Source: Rubripirellula sp. (lineage in GTDB: Bacteria; Planctomycetota; Planctomycetia; Pirellulales; Pirellulaceae). From it: DNA of 64,000 nucleotides. The translations under genes were made by a program, and so were the position numbers. Under the pieces are notes generated by a model. It saw only the letters and a list, made by a program, of their open reading frames with translations, did not search any database and was not told the DNA's origin. Below are positions 31,690-41,186 of this stretch, piece after piece. The stretch spans positions 96,001 through 160,000 of the forward strand of contig OZ244207.1 of NCBI GenBank assembly GCA_965216875.1. Reading direction: 5' to 3'. Numbering within the stretch: the first letter of the stretch is position 1; every line of letters begins with the position of its first letter.

Positions 31690-32712
31690 ATGAACACCTC
31701 CTGGAAATCAGTCCTCGTCGCCCTGACCAAATTCGCGATTCCCGTCGCAATTATCGCCTATTTGTTGATTTGGCACGTCGGGCCCGAGAAATGGAATGAG
31801 CTCTCCGAGCAGCCCAAGGACTATTTCCTGCTCGTCCTCGCTCTCTTTGTGGCGCTTGCCGCGATGAGTATTTCGTTCGCTCGCTGGTGTCTGCTCGTCC
31901 GCTGTCAGGGGATTGAGCTCACCATGCTTGAAGCGTTCCGGCTAGGTGCCATTTCCTTTCTGCTTAGCTTCGTTGCTCCCGGCAGTGTCGGAGGAGACCT
32001 CTTCAAAGCGATTTTTCTTGCCCAGCGGCGTCCCGGGAAACGGGTTGAAGCGGTCGCCTCGGTGATCGTTGATCGCGGCTGCGGCCTGTACGCGCTGCTG
32101 CTGTTGGTCGCCATCGCTTTGCTGCTAACGAACCCTACCGAGGCCGAGTCGGGGAACATCGCTTGGATCAAGACCTCAACCGCGATCCTGGTCGGCGTTG
32201 GAACGGTCGTGCTCGCTTTCCTCGTCCTCGGTGGTCGAGCCGTCGATCGTCTGATTTTGTGGGGGAGCGATTTGAAGTTTGTCGGTGGCATCGTCAAACG
32301 CGTTGGTCCACCCCTTCGTATGTTCCACAATCACCCGGTCACCTTTGGCGTTTCCATTTTGATGAGCCTTGGTGTGCAGACGCTGTTAGCTGTGAGCGTC
32401 TATCTGATCGCGATCGGACTTTACAGCACCGCACCAACGTTCGTCGAACACATGGTGATCGTCCCGCTGGGAATGTTGGCTTCCGCGATTCCGATTAGTC
32501 CAGCAGGTCTGGGCGTTTTCGAGGGGGCACTCGATGCGTTCTATCGATTCATCCCCGCCGAACCGACACCCGTTTCGGGGACGCTGGTCGCGCTCACCTT
32601 CGAAGTGGTCAAAGTGGTGATGGCCGTTGTCGGAACGGTTTTCTATTGGACCGCGAACGAAGAAGTTCGGCATAGCCTCGAAGTGGCCGAAGAAGAAGCT
32701 CAGCCCGCATAG
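31690..32712 (+). CDS. Lysylphosphatidylglycerol synthase TM-domain / UPF0104 flippase-like membrane protein
   Basis: RWCLLV, PGSVGGDLFKA, SVIVDR, PISPAGLGVFE; multiple TM helices. Confidence 0.85.
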   Translation: MNTSWKSVLVALTKFAIPVAIIAYLLIWHVGPEKWNELSEQPKDYFLLVLALFVALAAMSISFARWCLLVRCQGIELTMLEAFRLGAISFLLSFVAPGSVGGDLFKAIFLAQRRPGKRVEAVASVIVDRGCGLYALLLLVAIALLLTNPTEAESGNIAWIKTSTAILVGVGTVVLAFLVLGGRAVDRLILWGSDLKFVGGIVKRVGPPLRMFHNHPVTFGVSILMSLGVQTLLAVSVYLIAIGLYSTAPTFVEHMVIVPLGMLASAIPISPAGLGVFEGALDAFYRFIPAEPTPVSGTLVALTFEVVKVVMAVVGTVFYWTANEEVRHSLEVAEEEAQPA

Positions 32713-32745
32713 TGTTTGCCCCGTTTACCGCGTGTTCCAACAATC

Positions 32746-32767
32746 ACCCTCCCGCTTGCGGGAGGGT
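32746..32767. repeat. Palindromic REP-like hairpin between convergent genes (possible bidirectional terminator)
   Basis: ACCCTCCCGC-TT-GCGGGAGGGT perfect 10-bp stem. Confidence 0.55.
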
Positions 32768-32872
32768 CGGACGCAAAACCTCTCCGGGCCTTAGAGGCCA
32801 TTGAGCCCGATTCTCCCAAGGGCGCGTGTTGAAACGCGCTGCTCGTGAGGCCTCGGACCTTCGCCATAGCAA

Positions 32873-34999
32873 CTATTGGAACGATCGCCGAATCCAACGC
32901 ACCACGCGCGTCGCGATCGATTGACGTGGCAAATCGATCTGAACGTGACCGAGGCGATGGACTGGCATGACCGGGCCGCCCGGATCAATCGCGATCCGAA
33001 CGCGATAGAACTTGAGACGACCAGCGTCGAGCAAAGACTTGTTGATCATGCCCGTTGCAGTCCAACGCGGTTCGAGCCGATCGGCAGGCATCGCTGAGAT
33101 CGCGGCCACCGTTCCCGTGGTTTCGCTGGCCTGATCACCAGCAGCGATTTTGACTGTCGCGCCGAGAGCAACCTGAGCGATCTCTGTCTGGCCAACCAAT
33201 GCGAACGCATCACGTCTCGTTGGATGGCCGATGGTGCAGAGTGTGGTTCCTGCTTCCAACCACGCACCCTCATTGGCTGGCGAAAGTGGGGTCTGAATCC
33301 AAGCTTGGCTCTGGTCGTCATCCACAACCTTGGGCTTCCATTGAGCGGCGAAGACTTTGCCGCCAACCGGAGCGTGCACTTTGAGTCTTTGCGCGTGCTG
33401 TTGCAAAGACGCGTGTCTGAGTCTTGCTCCCACGATCTGCTTCTCAATCGCAGGGATGCGGTCTGCGACCGAGGGTTCCGAGGAACGTCTCGCTTGAAGC
33501 GTTTCCCATTCTGCATCGAGCGTCGCCATTTCCGTCTCCAGCTCAAGAAGATCGAGGGTGGCTTTCGCGCTGGCCAGCGTAACAACAAGATCCCCTTCTT
33601 CAACGAGCTGTCCGACGGAGGCCGAGGAAACGCGGTTGCCAGCAACGGGAACGAAGACCGATCGGCCATCCGACGGCGCTATCGACATCGGTGCGATGAG
33701 CGAATGGGGCAACGGTGTGAAAACGATAATTGCGAGAAGGATCGAGGCCATCATGATCACGACGGCCGGACGACTGTTTCGGCGACCAGCCATCTCTCTC
33801 GGACGACTTAGCAAAGGCTTGAGCCAGCGTGCCGTTCCCAACGCAATGCCGACGATGAACAACGCCACGACGGCGCCTCCCAGGCCGACTCGCTGCCCGG
33901 TGTGATTGAGAAACAACCCAATCGCTACCATCACGAACGCACGATACAAACTGCTTGACACTCCGTAGGCCCACAACGTTTTGGTTGGTGCCCCAGAGTC
34001 ACTTGGGCGCGTCGACTGCGATCGCCCCCACACCCAATCACGCAACCTCTGACGGATCAATGCTTGCGACTGACTGGCAAGATTGGGGATGGCGATCAAA
34101 TCGGAAAGGACAAAGTAGCCGTCATACCGCAGCAGCGGGTTGGCGTTGAACAAGACGGTCGAAACCGAACAGACAAGCATGATCGTGACGCACACGTCTC
34201 GCAGTGCTGTGTCGGTTGCAAAGCACCACACGAACGTGGCAAGTGCCGCGAGCATCAACTCACATCCGATCCCCGCCAGTGATACAACGATTCGCTTCCA
34301 CCGTTGGCGGACCAGCCACGCGTCAGACACATCGCAGTAGAGGCACGGAATGCCGACCAAAAACATGAGGCCGATCTCTTGGCACTGGCCACCCACGCGC
34401 CGACAAGCGACGGCGTGTCCTAACTCGTGAATGATCTTGGTCATCGAAATGACCAGAGCCAGCATCACCCACCAACCGACGCCCGACTGCGAAGCAGCGA
34501 CGGAAAGGTCTTGGGCGAATTGATCGAAGTTGACCAAGACAATGATTGAGGCGAAAGCAACAAGGACACCCGTCAACGCGATGAACCTGGGGCCAAACGC
34601 AAACCCAAACACGGGGGCCAACTGATTGAGTAAGCGATGTGGGTTCACGCCTGGCAAACGGATCGCAAGTGGATTGCGCAGCCAGTTCCGGTTTTCCCTG
34701 CTGACTTGCGTTGTGCTTTCGACAAGTAAGCCGTTAACACCAGCCTGTTCGATGAAGGATTCGATCGCCGCCGAGGTGACCGTCGCTGGTTTGATGCGAC
34801 GACGGCATTCGGCGACGACATCGGCAAGCGTTTTCTTGCCATCGAGAGACTCAAGGATCTCGTATTCGCCCGGCTCAAAGTAAAAGAATCGACGAGTGAG
34901 CGGGTCTTTCACTGCAAACATCACCCGCTGTCCCATCTCGATGGGACGAACAACGAGGTCGCCGCGTCGTTTCGCAATGGGGCGCGAGTCGTTCGTCAC
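32873..34999 (-). CDS. PqqD/RRE-like + M50 site-2 zinc metalloprotease + HlyD-type adaptor fusion
   Basis: N-terminal VKDPLTRRFFYF...ILESLDGKKTLADV; HELGH (HExxH); NANPLLRYDG (NxxP...DG); many TM helices; C-terminal lipoyl/coiled-coil/beta-barrel region. Confidence 0.88.
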   Translation of the reverse strand: MTNDSRPIAKRRGDLVVRPIEMGQRVMFAVKDPLTRRFFYFEPGEYEILESLDGKKTLADVVAECRRRIKPATVTSAAIESFIEQAGVNGLLVESTTQVSRENRNWLRNPLAIRLPGVNPHRLLNQLAPVFGFAFGPRFIALTGVLVAFASIIVLVNFDQFAQDLSVAASQSGVGWWVMLALVISMTKIIHELGHAVACRRVGGQCQEIGLMFLVGIPCLYCDVSDAWLVRQRWKRIVVSLAGIGCELMLAALATFVWCFATDTALRDVCVTIMLVCSVSTVLFNANPLLRYDGYFVLSDLIAIPNLASQSQALIRQRLRDWVWGRSQSTRPSDSGAPTKTLWAYGVSSSLYRAFVMVAIGLFLNHTGQRVGLGGAVVALFIVGIALGTARWLKPLLSRPREMAGRRNSRPAVVIMMASILLAIIVFTPLPHSLIAPMSIAPSDGRSVFVPVAGNRVSSASVGQLVEEGDLVVTLASAKATLDLLELETEMATLDAEWETLQARRSSEPSVADRIPAIEKQIVGARLRHASLQQHAQRLKVHAPVGGKVFAAQWKPKVVDDDQSQAWIQTPLSPANEGAWLEAGTTLCTIGHPTRRDAFALVGQTEIAQVALGATVKIAAGDQASETTGTVAAISAMPADRLEPRWTATGMINKSLLDAGRLKFYRVRIAIDPGGPVMPVHRLGHVQIDLPRQSIATRVVRWIRRSFQ

Positions 35000-36090
35000 G
35001 GTTGCTCCAAACTCGCCTGGATTTGCATTCCCGGCAAGACTGCGTGGTCGGGATTGTCGAACTCAACCCAAAACCGCACCTCGTTATTGACGGGGTCGAT
35101 TTCGGGACTGACAAAAACAACTTTGCCCGTGATGTTGCCCGCGTTGTCACCGGGCAAGTCGACGCTGATGTTGACCGGTTTGCCTTTTGTCAAGACGTCA
35201 AGCCGTGCTGCATCGATGTAGCCCTCGGCTCGAAGCCGATCCAATCGAATGACGCGAAAGATCGGATCACCCGCTTTCACCCAGTCACCGACGTTGCAAA
35301 AGCGTTCGACGACCACACCGACCATGGGCGACGCGATGGTATGTTGCTCGGCCGCCAGTCGGGCCAACCTCCATTGTTGGTCCTGCAAGTCACTTTGCAG
35401 GCGCTCGATCTTTTCATCCGCATGAACTTGGGCCAACTCGATTTCGGATTGCTCCACATTGAGCTGATGCGCCATGGCCGCTTTCGATTCGGCTTGATGG
35501 TCCAATGCGTCGATTTCAAGTTCGAAGGTCGCTTGCACCGTTTCGAGTCGGCTGCGGTCATAGGCCAAGCGAAGGCCATCGATTTCTGATTGCGAAACGC
35601 TGTCGCGGTACCTTGCCCGCGCCGTTGTCGCTCTTTCAAGCTCGTTCTTGGCGACTTCTTGTGCCTTTTCCGAGGCCTGGATTCGCGTTTGGTTTTTTGC
35701 CTTTTTCGCAGCAGCTTCAAGTTGGATCCCGTGCTGGGATTTGAGTTGCTTCTGATGTGCGAGTTTCTTCTCTGCAAGTGCTTGGGCCAACGCATCATCG
35801 GCCTGGGAAACGGCAATCTCACGCTGGGTCTTCGCACGTGCCTCTTCAAGTCGAGCACGGCGATCGTCGAGTCGGCCGAGGGTTTGTTTCGCCTGGACGT
35901 TGTCGCCCTCGCGCACCCGCAATTCGGCAACCACACCGGTATGCTGGGCCGGCACGTTCACCGAATCAATCAGCGTTACCACCAGGTCGTTGATGATGAT
36001 CGGTTCACTCGCCGAGGCCCCGCCAAGTTGCGAAAAAAAGGCTGCGACGAAAAGACCGGCCGATGTGACAATCGTTTTTGTCGATTTCAT
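34996..36090 (-). CDS. HlyD/RND-type periplasmic adaptor (membrane fusion protein)
   Basis: Signal peptide; VPAQHTGVVAELRVREGDNV; long coiled coil; IASPMVGVV...VGDWVKAGD; FVSPEID; LPGM. 4-bp overlap with the downstream gene. Confidence 0.9.
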   Translation of the reverse strand: MKSTKTIVTSAGLFVAAFFSQLGGASASEPIIINDLVVTLIDSVNVPAQHTGVVAELRVREGDNVQAKQTLGRLDDRRARLEEARAKTQREIAVSQADDALAQALAEKKLAHQKQLKSQHGIQLEAAAKKAKNQTRIQASEKAQEVAKNELERATTARARYRDSVSQSEIDGLRLAYDRSRLETVQATFELEIDALDHQAESKAAMAHQLNVEQSEIELAQVHADEKIERLQSDLQDQQWRLARLAAEQHTIASPMVGVVVERFCNVGDWVKAGDPIFRVIRLDRLRAEGYIDAARLDVLTKGKPVNISVDLPGDNAGNITGKVVFVSPEIDPVNNEVRFWVEFDNPDHAVLPGMQIQASLEQP

Positions 36091-36097
36091 GTTTCTG

Positions 36098-38032
36098 TCA
36101 CCACCAAAATTGTTTGCGAGACCATTCGATCAAACTGCGAAACCAAACGAATCCGAGTGTGCGTTTTCCACAATCGATTTTTGCAATCACGGTCGCACCA
36201 AGGCGAAACTCCTCATGCGATGCCTCATTATTTGACGTATCACCGATGGACGATACGAGCCGCACAACCGATTTACCTTGTCCATTGACGTAGGCGGCAT
36301 CGTCGGACTGGTCGATTTCTGCCCGATAAACACGACTCGAGCCAGAGGCCATTCGGAATTCAACCGCACGAGGTGTGTCGTTGTTGCCAAGCACGTAGGC
36401 CGATTGATTGTCGGGTAGCTCGTATTCGACACGCCAGCCAGCGGTGGTTGAGTAAACGTCGGCAATGAATTGACCGTGAGTGAGGGGCCGCGACAATAAC
36501 GATTGCTCGAGGTTCCAGCGATCCACGATGCCATCGATGGGCGACACCACTTTCAGCTTTCCGCGTTGGGCGACCACAACCTCGATCTGCTTCTCAAGTC
36601 CCTCGATCTGCGTCTGCAGCACACGTTCCTCGGCTGAACTTGGAACGCTTCGGTCCTGCGATTGCCGGTTGGTTTGTCGACGGCCAACATTGAGTGCCGC
36701 AAGCTGTGTTCTGGCCGTATTTAACTTGGCTTGTCGTTCTTCGAGTGCCAAGTCCAGTGCATCGCTTTGAAGCTCGACCAACAGTTGACCCTGTTTGACC
36801 GAGTCACCATTGCGGACGTGGATTTCGACCACGCCAGCTTCGGACGGCGCAAACACACGCGTCATCACCGCCGGTTGTAACCTGCCTTCGACAGGCAACC
36901 AAAAAGTGACAGGAAAGCAAAGGAGGATGCCCAAGGCAGCAAGCACCCCCAAGCCAACTCGCATCCGGGTACGTCTCGCGTTTTCCGATGACAGACGTTG
37001 CGCAAGTTGAGCTGGCGAACCAAGGTGACGCTGAATGGTGATCCCGATCGCTGACGAAACACTCGAACGCATCGAATCGAAGGCGTCAGGTGACAGTTGA
37101 GACGCTGACCCAAAACTCTCGATTGCAATCGCGGCCACGATTTGGTCGTTCTGTCGAATCGGTTCAATCACAATCCCCGCGCAGGTCGAAACGGCAAAGT
37201 AGTCATCGATTGCGGCTTGCATCGTCGGTTCAGCCGGTGTCTCGTCGTGCCGAGTGGCGAAGAGTGGGGCGCCGGCGGCAGTCACTCGTTTCATCAAGCG
37301 TTCGAGCAAGCGAACCTGATTGCTGCGTCGATCAAAATTCAAACATGACGAAACCGCTTCAAGTCGGGCTTTGCTTCCGTCGCTGATTGCGACCGACACA
37401 CGTTCGAATTCACCTTTCTTTGCGACCAGCATTGAAAGACGGTACAGCGATTCTTGCAGGCTGGCTTCACGGTTGATTTGATCAAGCCAATCGTCACGCT
37501 CGCTCAAGCCACGGATCGCTTCACGGGCCGATGACAACTGTTGGCGAACATGAACCGATGCGAGCAGGTCGATGATCGCCTCGGCCAGGTGCGCCAGCGG
37601 TTGCCGCATCGGAAACGCAACGCTTTGCGGAAACTGAAGCTCCATCGCGAGACGCGTGGCACCTTCGATTCGCGTCGAGACGACAAGCTGGCTCGCAGTG
37701 GACGAATCGTCGTCGATCCAACTCGAGCCGACGTTTGTTCCAGGGTGTTGGTTTGCCTTATCTGGTTGCACGTCTGCCGAAGGGGCTTGATCCGAAACGA
37801 CCGCCACGCCGCAGCGCTCGATGACGCGTGTCGATTCACCGTCATCTTCACTGAGTGTGGCTGATGCTGCTCCGACAAACGAAGTCAGCTGATGGAGCAT
37901 TTGACTGAAAAGGCGGCCGCAGGCCTGACCGTCCGTCGGGTCGACCGAACGGCAGCTCGCTTCCGCGTTGGCGACAAAGGCCTCGGCGTCATTCCAGAAG
38001 GGGTTCGCTTGTGGCTCGGACGGTGCCATCAA
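36098..38032 (-). CDS. HlyD-type adaptor with N-terminal cytoplasmic GAF-like region
   Basis: ~350-aa N-terminal region (FERVSVA...LEAVS...FDRRSNQVRLLE), one TM helix, VFAPSEAGVVEIHVRNGDSVKQGQLL, coiled coil, VVSPIDG, IDCGKRTLGFVWF. Confidence 0.85.
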   Translation of the reverse strand: MMAPSEPQANPFWNDAEAFVANAEASCRSVDPTDGQACGRLFSQMLHQLTSFVGAASATLSEDDGESTRVIERCGVAVVSDQAPSADVQPDKANQHPGTNVGSSWIDDDSSTASQLVVSTRIEGATRLAMELQFPQSVAFPMRQPLAHLAEAIIDLLASVHVRQQLSSAREAIRGLSERDDWLDQINREASLQESLYRLSMLVAKKGEFERVSVAISDGSKARLEAVSSCLNFDRRSNQVRLLERLMKRVTAAGAPLFATRHDETPAEPTMQAAIDDYFAVSTCAGIVIEPIRQNDQIVAAIAIESFGSASQLSPDAFDSMRSSVSSAIGITIQRHLGSPAQLAQRLSSENARRTRMRVGLGVLAALGILLCFPVTFWLPVEGRLQPAVMTRVFAPSEAGVVEIHVRNGDSVKQGQLLVELQSDALDLALEERQAKLNTARTQLAALNVGRRQTNRQSQDRSVPSSAEERVLQTQIEGLEKQIEVVVAQRGKLKVVSPIDGIVDRWNLEQSLLSRPLTHGQFIADVYSTTAGWRVEYELPDNQSAYVLGNNDTPRAVEFRMASGSSRVYRAEIDQSDDAAYVNGQGKSVVRLVSSIGDTSNNEASHEEFRLGATVIAKIDCGKRTLGFVWFRSLIEWSRKQFWW

Positions 38033-38443
38033 ATTGTCAGACGCAGAGGCGGTGGTTGTTTGCGGTCGAGTTTCAACGGCGTCGCCCTTTGCTCCGCAAT
38101 CGTTGCCTTGGTCGCCGCTATTGATAGTCGACTTTTGCTCCGCAAAAGCTGCGTTCTTGCAGGCGCTGCGTTCGCGGAGCGAAAGGCGACGATCGGGAGC
38201 ATGGTACTCAGCTCAAACACCGCATTTTAACCAGCGTCACGCCCAAGACGGTGATCGAGGCACTGTTTCACGAACATCGCGGGAACAAGCTTCAAATCGT
38301 GACGATTTCACTGAATCCCCTCGGTCTGGTTGTACGAAAAAGAGAAACATTGCGGATTAGGCAGGATCTGCCGATTCACCCGTGAAGAGACGGACGTCTT
38401 GAAAGCAAACAACACCAAAGCGACTCGCCACCAGCCAATCCCG

Positions 38444-40264
38444 ATGACCGGGGTTTGCCGCGAGGCGGCTGCGCGATGGTTGCTGGTCGTGCTTGTCTTT
38501 GCCTCGGGGTGTCGAACCTATTGCAACGTGCCTGAAACAATCGGTCACAACACCGGGCTCATCGACGCCATCATGTGTCAGGTCGATGCGGGCGCACCCC
38601 CAAAGGAATTCGTCGAAGTTCCCACTGCACCGCTGACGTTGCGATTCGCTCACGATTTGGATCGTGTCGAGTATCGCGACATGACGCTCGAGGAAACGCT
38701 GCACTACGCACTTGGAAATGCTCAGGTGTTGCGTGATTTGGGGGCGGCCGTGTTGCGAACGCCCGGCGCCGTGTTGACGACCGAAACCAAAGGCATCATC
38801 GAAACCGACCCGCAAGCAGGCATTGAAGCGGCGCTCTCGGCTTTTGATGCCCAGTTCTATGCGTTTGGCAAATTCCAAAACAACGATCGACGGTTCAATA
38901 ACCGTTTCTTTGGCGGTGGTTCAACGGCATTCAAACAGGACACGCACGACTACGTGTTTCAGATGTCCAAGCGAACGGCAACGGGGGCGCAGTTCGCCGT
39001 CCGCAGCGTGACCGATTACGACGCCAACAATGCGACCGGCAATTTGACCGACAGCGCTTGGCAAACTCAATTGCACGCCGAAGCACGACAGCCATTGTTG
39101 CAAGGTGGCGGACTGACCTTCAATCGAATTGCTGGCCCAAGTGCCAAGCCCGGTGTGTACAACGGCGTGCTGATCGCAAAAGTGCAAAACGATCTGACGT
39201 CTTCAAAGTTTCGCCAGGGGACACGCGACTATGTTTCGAACGTGATCAACGCGTACTGGGACTTGTACTTTGCCTATCGCGACATGGATGCCAAACTCGA
39301 CGCACTCGGTCGCGCGCGGAAAACGTGGCAAAGCTACGAAGCGGATCGCAGCAGTGACCGAAAAGCGGGTGCACCCGAGGCGCTCGCGCGTGAACAGTAC
39401 TATCGTTTTCAGTCCGAACTCCAGGACGCGATCGCCGGCAAGCTGAACGAGCGGACCAAAGTCAACAATGCCAGCTCAGGCGGAACGTTCGCAGGCACCG
39501 GCGGTGTCCAGGCGGCCGAGCGACGATTGCGATTGTTGATTGGGATGGAGCTTGCCGACGGCAAATTGCTCAGGCCTGCGGATGATCCGAACCAGGCGCC
39601 CTTGGTTTTTGATTGGGATTCGATTGCCAAGGAAGCAATTGAACAACGAAGCGAACTTCAACAGCAACGGCTGACGATCAAACGCCGCGAGATGGAAATC
39701 CTTGCGGCCAAGAATTTTCTGATGCCATCGCTTGATCTGGTGACGATCTATCGCGTTCGTGGTCTGGACAAACGCCTTGCCGGAACGCAATCCGCATTTC
39801 GGGAACTCGGCACGATGGATTTCCAGGAATACGAAGCGAGCTTGGAACTGAAGCTGCCCGTTGGTTTTCGCCAGGGGCATGCAGCAGTGCAAAACGCCAA
39901 GCTGCAACACGCTCGCGACATCGCCCTGCTGCGTGAACAGGAACGCCAGGTGCTTCACGACCTTTCGTCGGTCGTCGCGGAATGCGATCGTGCTTTCGCC
40001 CAAATGGATTTGAATCTCAATCGCTTCGTCGCAGCGGGCGACGCGCTGGCCGCACTCGAGGCGAACCGGCAGGCGGGGATGAGTGTTTCGCTTGAACAAC
40101 TTCTCGATGCCCAGCGCCGTGCCAGCGAAGCACAGACGGCCTACTTTCGATCGGCATCCGAGTATTCCGTCGCAGCCAAGAACGTTCAATTCGAAAAAGG
40201 GACGTTGCTTCACACGGTCAATTTGATGATCGTCGAAGAGCCGCAGGTGATTTGGGAAGAGTAG
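38444..40264 (+). CDS. TolC family outer-membrane channel (lipoprotein signal)
   Basis: LVVLVFASG-C; RQPLLQG, VINAYWDLYFA, RSEL, MPSLDL, LLDAQRR two-repeat OEP pattern. Start uncertain (38399 TTG or 38444 ATG). Confidence 0.88.
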   Translation: MTGVCREAAARWLLVVLVFASGCRTYCNVPETIGHNTGLIDAIMCQVDAGAPPKEFVEVPTAPLTLRFAHDLDRVEYRDMTLEETLHYALGNAQVLRDLGAAVLRTPGAVLTTETKGIIETDPQAGIEAALSAFDAQFYAFGKFQNNDRRFNNRFFGGGSTAFKQDTHDYVFQMSKRTATGAQFAVRSVTDYDANNATGNLTDSAWQTQLHAEARQPLLQGGGLTFNRIAGPSAKPGVYNGVLIAKVQNDLTSSKFRQGTRDYVSNVINAYWDLYFAYRDMDAKLDALGRARKTWQSYEADRSSDRKAGAPEALAREQYYRFQSELQDAIAGKLNERTKVNNASSGGTFAGTGGVQAAERRLRLLIGMELADGKLLRPADDPNQAPLVFDWDSIAKEAIEQRSELQQQRLTIKRREMEILAAKNFLMPSLDLVTIYRVRGLDKRLAGTQSAFRELGTMDFQEYEASLELKLPVGFRQGHAAVQNAKLQHARDIALLREQERQVLHDLSSVVAECDRAFAQMDLNLNRFVAAGDALAALEANRQAGMSVSLEQLLDAQRRASEAQTAYFRSASEYSVAAKNVQFEKGTLLHTVNLMIVEEPQVIWEE

Positions 40265-40291
40265 TCGAATCGTCTTTGTGTTGGGATTGCA

Positions 40292-40651
40292 ATGACGCAA
40301 CGAGACATCTGCGTTTCGCTCACGTGGTCGGACCAGGGGATTCCAGAAAAGACCCTCGATGCGAACGCACATCTGGAAATGGTGGTGGAATCCGCTGAGT
40401 CGAAGCAAACGCCTGGTTTGCCACCGCAATTGAGTTCCGTTTCGATTCACGGGAACCGAGCGGGGCTCGTCGCACTCGCAACGCGGCTATTGGCAATCGC
40501 CTACACCGACATCGAAGGCTACCACGAGCATTTTGATCACGAAGTACAATCGGGTTTCGTGTTGCACGTGGACGATTGCTGGGAATTGATCGTCGGCAGG
40601 AATGATCATCGAGCCATTCGAAGAGCCAACGACCAGCAAACGCCCACATGA
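40292..40651 (+). CDS. Small hypothetical protein resembling Imm32-type immunity proteins
   Basis: VSIHGNRAGLVALATRLL...GYHEHFD...ELIV resembles the 'GNxxGLxxLA...HxHxD' pattern; by eye only. Confidence 0.55.
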   Translation: MTQRDICVSLTWSDQGIPEKTLDANAHLEMVVESAESKQTPGLPPQLSSVSIHGNRAGLVALATRLLAIAYTDIEGYHEHFDHEVQSGFVLHVDDCWELIVGRNDHRAIRRANDQQTPT

Positions 40652-40679
40652 ATTGGGCTGGGTCTGCAGAGGATCGTTC

Positions 40680-41153
40680 ATGGAAACGAAGCTCGTCGAA
40701 GGCGACTTGCTCGATCAAGAAGTCGATGTGATCGTCAATGCTTGGAACCGCAACATTATTCCGTGGTGGTTGCTGTTGCCTCAAGGAGTTTCGGGCGCGA
40801 TCAAGAAACGTGGCGGCACCATGCCCTTTCGGGAATTGGCAAAGCAGGGCGCAATGTCACTCGGTTCAGCCGTTGAAACTTCTGCTGGCAGACTGCCCTT
40901 TCAAGCGATCATTCACGTCGCAGGCATCAATCTGTTTTGGCGTTCGTCCGAGCGTTCAATCCGCGAATCGGTGCGCAACGCCTTGGCGATTGCCCAAGAC
41001 CGCGGCTACGAAACCATCGCGATGCCATTGATTGGCGCGGGATCCGGAGGCGGCAACGCAGACAAAGTGCAACGTCTGATTGAGACGACCCTCGAAGAGG
41101 TCGACTACGACGGTGTCGTCACGATCGTCCGCTACCGCGCGGCGAAGAAGTGA
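40680..41153 (+). CDS. Macro domain (ADP-ribose binding/processing) protein
   Basis: VEGDLLDQEVDVIVNAWN, GVSGAIKKRGG, TSAGRLPFQAIIHVAG, IAMPLIGAGSGG. Start moved to 40680 behind GAGGA. Confidence 0.9.
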   Translation: METKLVEGDLLDQEVDVIVNAWNRNIIPWWLLLPQGVSGAIKKRGGTMPFRELAKQGAMSLGSAVETSAGRLPFQAIIHVAGINLFWRSSERSIRESVRNALAIAQDRGYETIAMPLIGAGSGGGNADKVQRLIETTLEEVDYDGVVTIVRYRAAKK

Positions 41154-41186
41154 TCGGTACCCCTTCCCTAGGCCAAGATTCTTTTC

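Noticed and set aside
32873..34999. RiPP/bacteriocin biosynthetic cluster suggested by the RRE-like and M50 domains
   Set aside because: No precursor peptide or modifying enzyme (radical SAM, YcaO, LanM) is visible nearby.
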